DNA of 64,000 nucleotides. Source: Camelus dromedarius. Taxonomy: Eukaryota. The notes below the pieces were generated by a model. It was not told the DNA's origin. It did not search any database and saw nothing but the letters and a program-made list of their open reading frames with translations. Shown here one piece after another: positions 36,490 through 50,449 of the stretch. A program made the position numbers and the translations under genes. How positions within the stretch are numbered: position 1 is the first letter of the stretch; each line of letters starts with the position of its first letter. The stretch spans positions 53,756,001 through 53,820,000 of the forward strand of contig NC_087437.1 of assembly GCF_036321535.1 (NCBI RefSeq), given 5' to 3'.

Positions 36490-37797
36490 CTGGTCGGGGG
36501 CAACAACAGGAGTAGGTGAGAAAACAAAGAAACGTCTGGTCAAGAGAGGCCAGTCTCTAGAATGCAAGGCCTGATGGACATGAAAAAACCACACAACTGG
36601 GGTGTGAGGGCCTGGACCTACCAGGCCCTGAAAAGGCTTCCTCTGGAAGCTTGAACAGGTCACTTCCCAGCATGGACCTCTGTTTCCTCATTTATAAAAT
36701 GAGTTGGTTAGCCAGATTATTTCATCAAAACTTAGGGTTGGAAAAGATACTAAATGTCACTGAGTACAACTCCTGTCTGATGTTTCCTTCACATCTTCTG
36801 TAGTAGAGCTCAGACATCTATTGACATTCCTACAGTGACAGGGAGCTCAACACCTGGACCTTTCGTACTAGACTCCTCTGATTAAAGGAACAGAATTTTC
36901 ATGTTCAACTGAAATGTATGCCCTTGTAATTTTTACTCATTGAGCATAGTTATCTCTTTTATGCCACTCAGGATGACCCTGATCACTCCTTCTTCTCAAG
37001 ACCATTCTTCAATGTGTTAGACTGTGATTATATGCCCCTGAGCCCTCCCTTCAAAAGACTGAATTGGATAGGACTCATCCCTGACATTTTTCCTAGACAA
37101 ACTCTCCTTTGTTAATATCCTCTCCACACCTCTCCTGAGAAGCAGGCACTGAATGTTATGATAATGCAGGCAAGACCAGGACATCGGAGTCTATGAGATG
37201 GATTAGTCACACCCAGCTGTGGTCCTGCCACAATGTCCACCCCTTTCTTCCTCGAGTTACTGCAGGCCCCTTGTGTCAAATGGCTCCAGCAGGGTTTAGA
37301 CCAGGACTGGCTGCCTTGAGGTATTAGGGAGTAAGGCCTGTGGGCTTTGTCAGTCTTGGGGCCCAAGGAGGCAAATGGCCATACTGAAACATTTTGAGCT
37401 ACAGACTCACATCCAAATTCTTGCCCCAGACTTGGGGAAGGCTGGAGCTGGAAGGTTCCTTTCCAGGCCCAATGAACCACAGTGTAAAGGGGTAAAGTTC
37501 AGGAAACAGTTTTTTCTTTTCCTAATCTCCCCATGAGATTCTGAAGTTAGGCCAGTTTTGAAAACCATGTCTAGTCCAAACCCACCATCACTGCTTCCCT
37601 TGCCCCCATTTTTCAGATGGGAAATGGAGTCGGGAGAGAGAATGTGCCTTGGTCCCAAACCACTTGGTGGCAGAGTTGGGAATCCTGCCACATCCCCAGA
37701 GGAGCCCCAGGCCTGCAGCCCCTCACCCCCAGCCACTTCCCCATGAGGGCCGAGCATGGGGACCCAGTGTGACCCAGGCAGGGAGGGGCCGCAGTAC

Positions 37798-37945
37798 CTG
37801 TCGCCCTGTATGACAGCCTCCAGCCCCGGTTCTCGCCCGAGTTGTCACTGCGGAACAGGATCTGGACGCTGTGGCTCTGGGTATTGATGGGTTCTGGGGC
37901 TTTCTCTCCACAGAAGGGCCCCAGCACTTTTGGACCAGTTTTAAT
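37798..37945 (-). CDS. MASP1: MASP1 exon 6: second part of CUB2
   Basis: tctcacag|ATTAAA...GCGACAG|gtactg; 148 nt; IKTGPKVLGPFCGEKAPEPINTQSHSVQILFRSDNSGENRGWRLSYRAT. Confidence 0.96.
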
Positions 37946-38429
37946 CTGTGAGAAGAAAAACAGAAAAAAAGCAGGGTCACATCTGAGTGGCAGTGGCTGT
38001 TGCAGGGTTTGCCTCTACACTGCATCGGGACTTTCTGGAAGCTTCTACGTGAGCCCCTGGTATTCACTCACATTTTTAGTAGGCATTACTACTCACCAAA
38101 GGTTTCCATCTCCACTCTCCCATTTACAATTTACAATGGTCCTGGACAAGGCAGATTAATAATCCTCTGATCAGAGATGAACATATTACGGCTTGGAAAG
38201 GGGCAGAGCCCTGTCCAGGTGCACAGGATAGAAAAGGCCTCTGTTCTCAAAGACCCTTAGTCTAGTCAGGGGTGGGGGGACTTATAAATAATAAACAAAA
38301 TAATTATAGGCTGTGATAAGCATTATAAAAATAATTAGGATGACATACATACATAGTATAAATATATGCTACATGTTTATGATTTATGTAGTAAAATCTA
38401 TGTAGTCTTATAACTCATCATTAATGTAA

Positions 38430-38830
38430 TAGCTAATAACTTTAAACAGGTAGTCAGGGAAGGCCTCTTTGAGGGGGCAACATTGAATTTGAAACATATA
38501 GGATGAGTAGGAGCTTGTCATTTGAAGAAGAGGGGAGAAATCTTTCCAGGCAGAGAAAACACCACATTAAAGGTCAAGGTCAAAGGTGAGAAGGAGCCTG
38601 GCAAGTATCAAGCACAAGAAGGAAGCCAGTGGGGCTGCAGCAGCAGGAGTGCTGTGGCTTGAGGTTGGAAAGGCCACGTTGTGTGGAGTTTATGCTTATT
38701 CCAAGCACAATCTTGATCTATCCTGGCTTTTATAAAATTCACCCTCGATGTTGTGTGAGAGACCAGGCTGTGTGGAGCAAGGGTAGAAGTCAGAAAACCT
38801 GCTGGAAGTTTTGCAGTTGCCAGGAGAGAG
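38430..38830 (-). mobile_element. L2 LINE fragment
   Basis: gtagtcagggaaggcctctttgagg...ttccaggcagagaaaac...gcagttgccaggagaga. Confidence 0.6.
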
Positions 38831-39381
38831 TGGGGTTTGGGATGGAGAGACAGGAAGAAGCACTCAGTGGATCTGAATTTCCCAGCTACCAGGCTGGGGT
38901 CCTGCCTGTGTCTTTAACTCTTTCTCCTTCCGCCTCTGAGGACTAGCACTCCTTAACCCTCATCTGGTGATGTCTACAATCCTGGGTGCATCTTCTTGTC
39001 ATTCTTATGTAGTGAGAGGGAAAAGTGAAGCCCTGAGAGGTTACGTGCTTGGATAAGTCTCACAGCATAGCTCCCGGGATAAGATGGGTGATGGGCTGAG
39101 TTCTAAGATGTATGACCCTCACCTTGCTGTTACTTCAGAGAATATTATGTTTCATGGCAGAAAGGATTTTGCAAGTGGGCACAGGGCTAGTTTTGGATTG
39201 GGGAATCGCCCTAGACTGGATCTGATTAAGCTGGTATATGTTATTTTAAGTAATTACATGTTGGGAAGCAAACTGCTCAGCCCCCTATCCTGGGAGAAGG
39301 TAGAGGGCCAAGAATATCAATTTTCTCAATTCAGCCAAGATTTTCCAGCCTACTCAGGATCAATGTCCACTGCGGTCTTAC

Positions 39382-39578
39382 CTTGATGTAGTCATAGGGG
39401 CAGGACACCTCAGGATGGTCCTCAATGTCAAAAATGTCCTCAAACTGCAGGCTGACCATGAAACCCTCCTCCAGCTCGATGGTGTAGAGGCATTCGGAGC
39501 TCTTAGGGTAAGGGCCAGGGAAGTCGGGGCTGGTGATCACGCCGGTCCTCTGGGTGAAGAGGTTGTCACTGCACTCCA
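39382..39578 (-). CDS. MASP1: MASP1 exon 5: first part of CUB2
   Basis: cccacag|TGGAGTGC...ATCAAG|gtaaga; 197 nt; VECSDNLFTQRTGVITSPDFPGPYPKSSECLY...SCPYDYIK. Confidence 0.97.
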
Positions 39579-41692
39579 CTGTGGGAAACACACCGGAGCA
39601 AAGTGGCACACCACACCCGTGGCCAAAGCAGCCCCTTTCTTATCTGCTACGGTACGATTTTCCCAGTGGTCCTGAGAGGCAAGCGGGGAAGGAATCATTA
39701 TCCCCATCCTATAGATGGGGAGGTGACTTACGCGAGGTCGCACACTCAGTAATCTGCAGAGTCAAGACTCAAAGGCAGTGAGTGTGATAAGCCTTCCCAT
39801 CCGATTCTCCTACTGGTTGGGAGCAGGAGGGGTCTGAGATGCGAGGTTTTGAGATGGAGTGGTCAGGGGGAATGTCTGGTTTTCTCAGCCCAGGACTCAA
39901 TTAGGTCTCTACTCAAAGGCTCCCTGATCCCTCATTCTAACACAGGACCCTTGCACAACCCCTCACTCTCTGGCCCCTGGCCTTGCTTTCTTTCTCTTCA
40001 TGCTGCTTACTACTACTTGCCATTATGAAATATATTTGTTAGTGAACTCTCCCGCCCCCACTAGACTGTAAGTCCCCTGGGCTCAGGGATTCTGCTCTGT
40101 TCCCCACCAGCTGCGACCAAGAACCCGGTGCCCTGGATCCTGGCCATGGCTTAGCCCACCAAAGCCCCTTTATTGCCACTGAACCACCATCCTTGGGCTG
40201 ACCCATCCTGGATCTGGCACGTCAGCTCTTCCTAAGCTCTTGTTTATCCTGCCCCTTTTAAATGAGAAAACTGTGGCCTCAAAAGGGGACATGACCAAGC
40301 CAAAGTCCCATAGCTGTGAGCTGCAGAACAAGGTTCAGAGTGGTCTCTTGAACCCCCATGGTTTCATTTTCTACCCTAAGCCCTCTCACGGGGAAGAGGG
40401 GTGAAAATCATGCCCAGAGGGACCAAAACTGGTTCTTAGGAAAGGGGAGCTGTTACTCTTTTTAGGCATAATACACAGACAGACACACATATATGCAGTA
40501 TATCTGTGGTATTGAAATTTCATGGGTGAGGTAATTAGGAAGAGAATGTTTAAAAAGACTCCTGGGGCTAGAGGGGAGAAACATTGCTCATTCTTAGTCC
40601 CTATGTACTCAGCACAAAGTATATACTCAATACTGAATGAAAACTGTGGAATATATAACCCCCTTCAAGAAAACTCCTGTATGCACCTGCTTTATACTGA
40701 TGGGTCCTATAGGGTTTTATTCAGAAGCAAATAAAAGGTTTGAAGGAGAGAGAAGAGAATTCTTGTTTCCAGCCTTGCCCTCCTCCAATGATCCCTCACT
40801 CTGCTTCCAAAGGACCTTTCTAAAACACAGATCCTTATCCTGCAGCCATACTAATCCGCTGGCAGTTCCCCAAATGTTCCAAATTCTGTCACGCTTCTGA
40901 ATGTTTGCAGAAGCTCTTCTCTCTGCTGGAGTGCCCTCCTTTTCTTTGTTCTCTCATCTCCGTCAAGGGCACCGTCTCTGGAAGTGCTTGTGACTTCTCC
41001 GTGCAGACTCAGGTCTGACGGTGCCGAGTCCACACTTCTTTTACAGCACTTACTACATTTGACCATTGGCTTATGTGGCTATTACTCTGCTAACCAGGAG
41101 GTCCCCCTGGAAAGTGGCTGAGCCCTGCCATCTCTCCATCCCTGCCCTAGCCCGGAGGCTACGGTAGAGAGGAAACATATTGAGAGGTGAAAGCAAAGGG
41201 AGCTGAAAGGAATGGGACGTTTTCTTGCTCTGTCTTTGCCTCTCTCCTCCCTCTTCTGCCCCTTGCCCTGATGTTCTCTCTATCACAGAGGAACTTGAGG
41301 GGCCATGGAAATGCAGAGAGAAAGGATCTGCTGGGTGAGGCCTGGCTCATGGCTCAGAGAAAGAGGACTGGGAAACCTGGGTTCTCCCTTCACTTGGCCA
41401 CGCCAATTACCTACAGTAGGAGAGGAAACAGGGATTAAGAAGGAGAAATTCCTGCCAGGAAGAAGGATGGCCTAGATGCTAGGGCTTCTCAAATGCGGTC
41501 TTCTGAGAACCTGCACCCCACTTCCAGGCTGGTTGGCATTTTGGTATCTTAACCCATGTGGTATCTGAGGCACAGCTCTCTGATTTGACTTAATTGTTTC
41601 TACTGCGTATCTGTCCTCCCTCTGAGCCTCCCCTAATCTTATTGGAAAACAGGGCATGTACAGAGATGCACAGAGTCATTTCTGGGCCCCAC

Positions 41693-41824
41693 CTCGGCAC
41701 GTCCTGTTGTCGGTGTGGAGGATGTAGCCGAAGCGACAGGAGCAGTAGTAGCCGCCGATGTAGTTGTGGCAGTAGTGGTCACAGGACAGCTCCTCGTCCT
41801 CCCGCTCCGTGCACTCGTCCACAT
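41693..41824 (-). CDS. MASP1: MASP1 exon 4: calcium-binding EGF domain
   Basis: ccctgcag|ATGTGGAC...TGCCGAG|gtgggg; 132 nt; [44 protein letters not shown]. Confidence 0.96.
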
Positions 41825-42084
41825 CTGCAGGGCAAGGAGAGCCTCTCAGTCATGCGTAACGGTGAAGACAACAGCCAACATTTACAGAGCACTCAGTGTG
41901 GGGCACTCACTGTGTTGGGAGGTACCTGTATTCCCCCCTTGAAGCCTCACCTAAAGCCCATAAGTAGCCACTACATCCATATATAAATGAGGAAACTTAC
42001 CCAAGATCAAAGAGAGCCAGGTTCAAATCCAGGAAACTGGATTCCTGGTTGTGCCACAGTTCTCTAACAGTTGTGATAATAGCA

Positions 42085-42240
42085 AGCAGGGCTGTTACGA
42101 TCCCTTTTCTATAGATGATGAAACTGAGACTAAGAGCCGTTAAAAAACTTACTCCAAGTCATACAGATAGTAAATGGTGGAGTCAGCATTCAAATCCAGA
42201 TGGGCTGGCTCTAGAACCTGGGCTCTTAACCTCTCCTCCA
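42085..42240 (-). mobile_element. MIR SINE
   Basis: tatagatgatgaaactgagac...ccaagtcatacagatagtaaatggtggagtcagcattcaaatccaga. Confidence 0.7.
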
Positions 42241-42323
42241 TGCTGCCTCTCTCTAAGTCTCTACTATGAGTCAAGCCGTATCCTAGGCACTGGAAATATA
42301 AAGATAAAAAGATGTATGTTCTC

Positions 42324-43410
42324 AACCCAATTAAAAATTTGAACATATATTTTTCCTCCAAAAGGTACAGGAATGGCCAAGAAGCACATGACAAGATTCT
42401 CAACATCACTAGGCACTAGGGAAATGTCAAGTACAACCATAATGAAGTACTACCATATACTCTCCAGAACAGTTAAAATTTTTAAAATTGATAACATCAA
42501 ATGTTGGTGAGGATTTAGAGCAACCAAAATGCTCATGTATTGGTGGAGGGATACAAAATGGTGCAAATACTTTGGAAAAAGTCTGACAATTTCTTAGAGA
42601 ACTAAACATATACCTACCTAATGACTCCGCAATTCTGCTCCGAGATATTTACCCAACAGAAGTGAAAACGTATGTTCACAAAAAGGCTTGTACAAAAAGG
42701 TTCATAAAAGTTTTATCCCTGAGAGCCAAAACATGGATAGAACTCAGATGTCTGTCAATAGGGGAATGGATAAACAGACTACAGTATATTTATACAATAG
42801 AAAATTATTCCAGCAAGCAAAGAAGCAATTACTGATACACCGCAACAATAGGAATATATATCAAAAACTTCATTCTGAGTAAAAGAATCCTCACTCCCAA
42901 AATATATTCTCTGTGTGATCATTTACATGAAGTTTTAGAAGAGGCAAAACTAATCTATGGTGGGTGGGGAAAAAATCAGGACGATGTGGCCTCTAAAGGA
43001 GATGGGACAGGTGCGACTGGGAAGGAGCATGAGGGAACTTTCTGGGTTGACCATGAAGTTCATCATCTTGTTAGGGGTTTGGGTTACATACAAATATAAA
43101 TCTTTAAAAACTCAACAAATGTGCTTAAGATTTGTGCATTTCATTGAATGTAAGTTTTACATTAAGAGAAAAAAATGTGGATATTGAACCTTTGATAAAC
43201 AATATGCATGCCAAAGTATTTAGGAAGTGCTATACTGATATCTGCAATTTATTTTGAAATGCATCAAAAAAAATGATATACAGACAAAAAATAGACAGAT
43301 AAATAGATATGTGACAGAGCAAATGCTGTAAGACATTAATGGTAGAATCTATGTGGTGAGTACACCAGTGTCCATTGTAAAGAAGACAGCACAAGGAACT
43401 TTTAATATTG
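42324..43410 (+). mobile_element. Old L1 (L1M-type) ORF2 end and 3' UTR
   Basis: atcaaatgttggtgaggatttagagcaac...gatatttacccaacagaagtgaaaacgtatgttcacaaaa...gaggcaaaactaatctatggtg. Confidence 0.8.
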
Positions 43411-43458
43411 AGAGAGAAAGGGAGACCTGGGGATGAACCACCCATTTCTCCAACTTAC

Positions 43459-43636
43459 CCACAGCCATGTAGTGGGCCTCAAAGCCTGTGAATCGCTCTT
43501 CATTGGAGAAATCTGACCGGAAAGTGATGGACATGAAGGAGCCAGGGGAGAGGACCACTTCCTGGCCAGGGGTCTGTTCCGTGTCTGTGGTCTCCCTGCC
43601 ACAAAAGGTTGCCAGCACCTGGTCTTCAGTTTCTAC
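43459..43636 (-). CDS. MASP1: MASP1 exon 3: second part of CUB1
   Basis: ccccaaag|GTAGAA...GCTGTGG|gtaagt; 178 nt; VETEDQVLATFCGRETTDTEQTPGQEVVLSPGSFMSITFRSDFSNEERFTGFEAHYMAV. Confidence 0.97.
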
Positions 43637-46600
43637 CTTTGGGGTCAAAGAGAAAGGGAACAAGATGAACAGCTTCTCAAGTTAGCTTCCCTGCTGGTCT
43701 CCAGGAGGAAAGAGGGAGGGGCTGCCCACGAGTAGACCAGGAAGCCTGGGAAGCCCAAAGAAAGAAAGGGGTTTAGGGATTCTGGGATTTGAGGAAAGAC
43801 ACATAACAGCTTAAGTCAATGTGGCCATCCAGTCACTAGTTCATTCATTTTGTTTAGGTCCATCAGAAGTAGCTTGACATTTGTCATTTCTGTTGACAAC
43901 AAAAAGGCCTATTTGTTAAAAACAACTCAATGTTAAAATCCAGAGTTAGGCAATCTCACAGATGGATTCTATATGCAACAGGAACTTAGGTAGCCAGGGA
44001 AAGAAACTTTATACACAATGTAAGTCATTCACTGAGCATTCAGTGTGTGCCTTCCACTGAACAAAGCATAGTATGGGGGTGATAGGAGATGAGTCAGACA
44101 CTGAGCTGTGCAGAAGGAGGCAGAGTTCAGATGGAGGAAAACAGGCAGAGACAGAGCTATTATACAGTGGGAGAAGTGTTGGCATTGGGAATGCACTCAG
44201 AAGGAGATGAAACATCTCCACTGAAATGTAAGTTGCAGGAGAGTGAGACTGTGTTTTCTTTACAGATATGTCTTCAGTGAATGGAACAGGACCCAGCACA
44301 TAGTAGTTACCCAATAAATATTGGTCATCAAGAGCTGAAAGTGCCAGACCTATTCTAAGAACGAGACGAAAGCCAGGCAGTCTGTGGGGATGTAGGAGGA
44401 AATATATTTGGAAGGACAGGTTAAAACTAGATTATGGTTGACCTTGAATGCCATAATAACAAGAAGTGACTCAATCCTGTGTGTAAAGGGAAAACATGTA
44501 ATTGGAACTCTACTTAATAGGTACTCTTAATAATTCAGAAACTACTGGAATCACCCAGAAATAGTTGCATTTGTGTTAAAACTCAGATGCAAAAATTGTC
44601 TATTTACTAAAATGAATAATTCCCTACTTTGGAGGAACCAGAGGCCCTAGGTAAATTCAGAGACCCAAGGAGAGATTCTAAACTGGTTGCCTAAAGCTGA
44701 TTTTGTGTGAGTTCGGTTTGGGAAGCACAGTGTAGTAGCTGGTTGGTATATTTATTTGATAACCAACACTTGGCCTACCTCTATCATTTATACTTACCCT
44801 ATTCTTTTAAGGTTGTGTTTGCAACCTCTAGATTGATGTTTTAACTAAGATTCATGGGAAAATCTCTTATCAAAAATGATTTCTGCTGCCTTTCAAAGTC
44901 ATCAAAGGAACATTCTCAAAGACTGCTCATCTCGAGTAGCTTCTAGTAAATTCATCGTTTTGTTCATTAGCTTAGTATGTCAGAAGTATCTTGACATTTG
45001 ACACTTCTGTTTTGAAACTAATGATTTATTTATTTAAAATAAGTGGGAGTTTTAAAGAAAAACAATTTTCCCTGGCAACAAAACACAAGGACAATTAATC
45101 ACTAACTTTGGGAACTGAAGTGTAAACAGAAGATGAGATCATGGCTTTGCTGTTTTTTCCTCTTCTCTGCAGATACTAGCCAAACTCACACCAGTCTTAC
45201 TACTGCAGAATGTACCTATCTGCACAGCTGAAATGTCACTTTCTTGAACATCACAGCTGGTTTGCTATTTGGACTATCTGTTTTCCACGTAGCTGAAGTT
45301 TTACCTAACTATAATTTAAAAAAATTTTGGGGGGTGTAATGCTTTTTAAAGTCCTTTATACAAATCCCTGCTTTCTTAGGTAAAAACATGTTAACCCTTC
45401 TTAGTGATCCAGGGACATTATTATGAACATCAACTATCTCGGGGATATTGAGTTGCATAATGTTGCTTGCCCTGTACTGAAGGTCCCCAGACTACAGTGC
45501 CTTTGCAATTCTTATGTCTTCTTTATGTAGTGTTTTATGTCCTGTTTTTTTTTTTAAACCAGTTTATTAGTGGAAATATGTTGTTAAATAGAAACCAATT
45601 TAGCTGCTATGGTTAGAACTTAATAAAAATAAGACTGAATAGATTTAGAGTTAGGGCCTGGGAGAAGGCTTCTTGCATGAATAACTGCATGAACTGGAGT
45701 GCACTCTCTTGGTAATCTCTGCTTTGGAGTGAAGTGTGTGGACCCGGCAGTAGGTCCTGAGCCCTATTCCTGACTCCACCATGAACTGTTACAGGGCTGA
45801 CTCCGGTAGCTCTCAGCTACCCACGGGAGTCTGAACCAGCTGAGCTTTATGTTCTCAGTTCTGACATCCTAGTATTCTAACAAGTCACCATGTTCATATA
45901 GTAAATAAACCAACCAGAGGATGGTGAGGAGTTTCAATGCTCAGACTGTTTCCTGCTGGAGAACTTGATGAACTTGAACTTGTTTGTGGTCTATAACCAA
46001 GTAATACAGAATCAATTACTAATGAAGAGTCATGCCTTGAGCATTAACACTTTCAGAGACAGCAGCCTCCTTCCTGTAATTCGGTATCCCCAAGGTCTCT
46101 TGGGTTCCATAGTACCTATAGCAGGGGCACTTTCAAGTGAAACCAACCAGAAGTAATTTGGATTAGGGAGAGACCTAATGAAGGGCTGTGATAAACAACC
46201 TCCCTCTTTGTAACTTTCAGGTTTAAGGACTTTTTATAATGGCAGATAAATGATCATCACCTGCAGAGCCAGGGTATTTCAGAGAATGGGTAAGCATGCC
46301 CCAGCTACGACCTGTGGAAAACTCTCAGCCAAATACACCTTTAGAAGCAGGGGAGAGAGGGCCTCAGGGCCATGGGAATTCAGCCTGCAGCTCAGAATAG
46401 AGTTCTCAAATATTCAAGCTGGGAGGGACGGACCTTTAAGAACTATTTCAATCCCCTTCCTTCTAGAGGAAACTGAGGTCCAGAGAGGGGCAGTGACTTG
46501 CTCAAGAGTAGAGAGATAACCAGGAGCATTTCCTGATACCAATTTTGCTTTGGAACTGTCCTGACCCCGGAGAAAGGAACCCCTCAATCCACAGAGCATA

Positions 46601-48039
46601 TGACCAAAGACATAGGCGCTTTGCCAAACAACTTTCCTGGCTCAAGGGCCTCTTGAAACTTTATCTTGGGTGCATGGACTGTCTCCCAGAGAGGATGTAG
46701 CTCAGTGACAGCTCCAGCCATAACCTAAACAGAGGGGTCACTGGCCCTGCTTAATAAATGCGGCCCCTGCTACGATTGTAAAATTCTACAAAATCATTGA
46801 CTTCTGAGTCCAGGCAAGGACTGAGCCCTGGCTTCTGCTTGGACTGTCCCATTTCAGGGTCCCATTTAGAGGTCACCATATTAACACGATGAAGGGAAAT
46901 TCCTTATCAAATGAAAACACAAAATTCATAATAATAGAGAACCATCTGGCTGGGGATCACAGACTTCATTTTTCTATTTCTTATTATGGACAGCCGTGTC
47001 CTTTTAGACTACTGTGACTTAGTGCACCAAAACATGGATGCATGTTCTCAACAAATATTTATATATTTTTCTCAACTCAACAAATACTTAGATACCACAT
47101 TCTGTCTGCATTATAATGAGAAGGATGCCAAAAATTACTTATATGTTGCATGTGCTTAATGTACAAATCCCCTGCCTCTGGGAATGTTAAAATTTAGTAG
47201 GAGAGTAAGATAAGAACTCAAATGTGCATGTGTTAGGGAATCGCCAGAGTATAGGTACTGCAGTGAAAGCTAGGAAGCCCCAGGGATTTAAAAAGTGAAA
47301 ATATTGCATCCAGCTGAGGGGAATCAGAAAATACTTAGGAAGGAGAGAATGTTCTTTGAGCTGAGGACTGAAAGGTGAGTACGATTTAGGCAGGTAGAAA
47401 TAGTAGGTGGAGGGCTGGCGGGAAGTAGAGAGAACAACTAGGCAGAGAGAACTGGGAAGTCCTGGGGCATGTAGAGTCTCAATTGCCCCTCCCCTGTCAC
47501 GACCACCTGATGTAGGAAAGGGGTTCGGTTGGGGACAAGAGGCAGGGAAGAAAGCTCTGAGGAGGAGAAGCCAGAGCCTGTTTCCTATGAATTTTCTGCC
47601 TTAGTAGAAACAGCACAAAGCTCTGAGGCAAAGCTAAGGCTAGGCAGCAGAAAAGTTGGCCAAATTTCTGTGGGAAGACAGCTATGGCTGCTCTCCACAT
47701 GTCCATAAAGTCATCTCAACAGAGCCTACAAATACATTGGCAGCTGCTCAATGAAAAACTAGAAGCCAAGATGATTTAAACGGATCAAGCAAGGTCATTA
47801 CCTAGTGAGTAGTGGCTTCAGGTCCACAATGCAGCATTCTGATTCCCTAGCCAGTAATGCTCATACTACTTTAAGACATGAGGCAAACAAGAAAAGGCTG
47901 TCATATAAGCCCAAATGCCTCAGGGCTTTGCTTGTCAATGTTCCCAAGCTACATCCTGGAGCCCCTCTGACATCTTCTCTGGAACCTTGAAAAGCTTTTC
48001 AGATATAATTTAGAGATATTCAGAGAGTGTCTGGATTGC

Positions 48040-48800
48040 CCTGCTGGCCATTTAGTTAGGCTGGAAACTACATTCCCCCAAATTGCCTTCCCTGTATAGT
48101 TCCAGGTTAGAGTTGGTCAAAAAAGAAACGTGTGTGAGTTTGGAAGGCAACAGTCCTTACTCTCTGAAGGCTGTTTTATGATCAGATACAGGGAGGAACA
48201 GGTGGAGATGTGCCAGTAGGTTCTACTTTGTCTTCACTCTCCTCCATTCTGCATCCAGCTCTTCCTTCCAGCTACTGGCTCTGATGACCTACAGTGGCCC
48301 CGGCCCACCAGAGGCTTGCAGGGGAACCCATAGAGACAGTAGCTGCTTAGAGCCAACAGCTTTTCATAGACTTCTCTCCTTGAGCTCCCCCTTCATTGTC
48401 CCACTTTGGCTTCTTCGATGGGCTTGAGTTCTCAGATTCTCCTGCCAATGCCAACATTTCCACTCATGCCACAGCTTCAGGAGAACAGATCAGTGAAATT
48501 TCTGTGGTCCTCCAACTCTCTGTCTATGAGAATCTGGGGCCTTTACTTTCCTAGCTTCTCCTATAATGGCATGAGTTCCCTTCCCATAAATAGCCATTAT
48601 GTCACAATACTCGCAGAGGCTCTGTCTTCCTGACTAGACTCTGTTTAATACAGACTAGAGCCACACGACTGACCTCAAGCAAATCCAGCAAAGGGACCAT
48701 CCTGCCAAGCCTAGCCTAAACTCCTGACCTGTTCATCATGAACAAATAAAATCGATGTTGTTTTGGCTACTAAATTTTGGAGTGGTTTGTTACACAGCAC
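48040..48800 (+). mobile_element. Degraded ERVL/MaLR-type LTR fragments
   Basis: ctggaaactacattccc...ggctctgtcttcctgactagactctgtttaataca, then aataaaatcgatgttgtttt...ggagtggtttgttacacagca. Confidence 0.5.
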
Positions 48801-50079
48801 TCTAGATATGTCATGGGAAGTAAGGAGTAACTTGGGACAAAGAGTGAGACTGACATTGGTGAACTGAAATTTTAAGAGTTACCATCTCATAGGTTCTTGG
48901 GGCCTTGAAAGTTACCTGATGTAACTTCTTATCTTTCTACCACAACTTTATGAAAGTAAGTTTATTTTTCCAATAAGTTTTTTATAATAAGTTGCAGAGA
49001 TGAGAAACTCACCACCTTCTAAGATAGATCAGGCAATTTTGGATTATTCTTGGCTTAGAAAGCTCTTCCTTGGCCCCATATCTGGGAATATAACGTAGAG
49101 GAAGACATTCTAATTGTGGAAAAATCTTTTATGAACAATGATATTTATGGCAGTTACATATAATAACAGAAAACTGGAAACAATAGTAAATACACAATTC
49201 TAGGGGGACAGTTACACAGTTACACTAGTATTACTTAGTTAAGCAGCCATTGATAATCTCATTAATGGAGAATTTTCAATGATCTGGAAATGTTCTTAGT
49301 TGGTTATATTAAGTGAAAAAGCAGAACAAATTGTATATTTAGTGTAATTATAACTGTTGAAAGTATACATAGAAAATAAAAAGTAGAAGGAAGTAGAGCA
49401 AACTTAACAATGGCTAGTGGAACAGTAAGTATTTTAATTTTTCTTTTTCCTGTTTTTATGTTTTAAAAGTATTTTAAAAAGAAATTTGGGTCCACAGCTC
49501 CTTCCCTTTTGCTTCTACCCAATGGCATACAATCAATCAGTTCCAGTCAACAAACAAAGAGAGCACTCATACAGGACAACTGAACCAGCTTGGAAGTTCA
49601 GGGTGGGTTTCTAGTACCTCCAACTCTCATAACCACCTGAGTCTCCTCCCTCCCTCATGGTCAGGTATGAGGACTCTTCATCACTCTCTCACCTTCTCTC
49701 ATTGTTTTCTAGCCTTTGGGTCCCAACAAAGCTCAAAAAGAGATGAAAATCTTTGCTTTAACTCCACACAAACAATACATTGAAAAATAAAATTCTGAAA
49801 AAGCTAGAAACTCAGAACAACTAAAATTCACATATGGCAGTGCATGGCAGGGTGGGTCTCATGTCAGGGAATGTTTTTTTGTGGTTGTCAGGTCCAAGAG
49901 GGAGCCAGTGGATAGGCTGTAAGTGAACGAATGAGGGGAAACAGAAGAGATCCTTGGTGTTAAGTTCATGAAGACTTTGGGGGAAGGAACAAGAGAGGGA
50001 GGAGGGAGTGAGTGAGGTGGGCAGGGAGAGGAAGAGGGAGATGTAGGAGAGGGATGGAACATTTAAGAATATTTGTGAT

Positions 50080-50241
50080 TTCTAGGTCCATCCATGTTGC
50101 TGCAAATGGGATTATTTCATTATTTTTTATGGCTGAGTAGTATTCCATTGTATAAATATACCATAACTTCTTTACCCAGTCTTCTGTCGATGGACATTTA
50201 AGTTGTTTCCATGTCTAGACTATACTTCAAAAAAAAAAAAA
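50080..50241. mobile_element. Small 5'-inverted L1 insertion
   Basis: Minus-strand L1 segment joined to a plus-strand tail gactatacttc(a)n; 15-bp TSD aagaat[a/g]tttgtgat at 50065-50079 and 50242-50256. Confidence 0.8.
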
Positions 50242-50449
50242 AAGAATGTTTGTGATAAGAACATCTCCGCCTTTTTTTCGGTTCTCAAGACAGTGAGTCA
50301 AATTGTGAATTGACTTCAATTGTTTATGTATCTGTGTTTTGGATGTAACCCTTTACTGAGACTGGATCATGTGGGATCTCATGTTTCTATAAATTGCACA
50401 TGAGTTTTCACTGATTAGTAGATGTTGGGAAAATTATTTAAACTCTCTG

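Noticed and set aside
49966..50148. ORF starting MEYYSAIKNNEIIPFAATWMDLE
   Set aside because: Translation of an L1 ORF2 C-terminal fragment, not a gene
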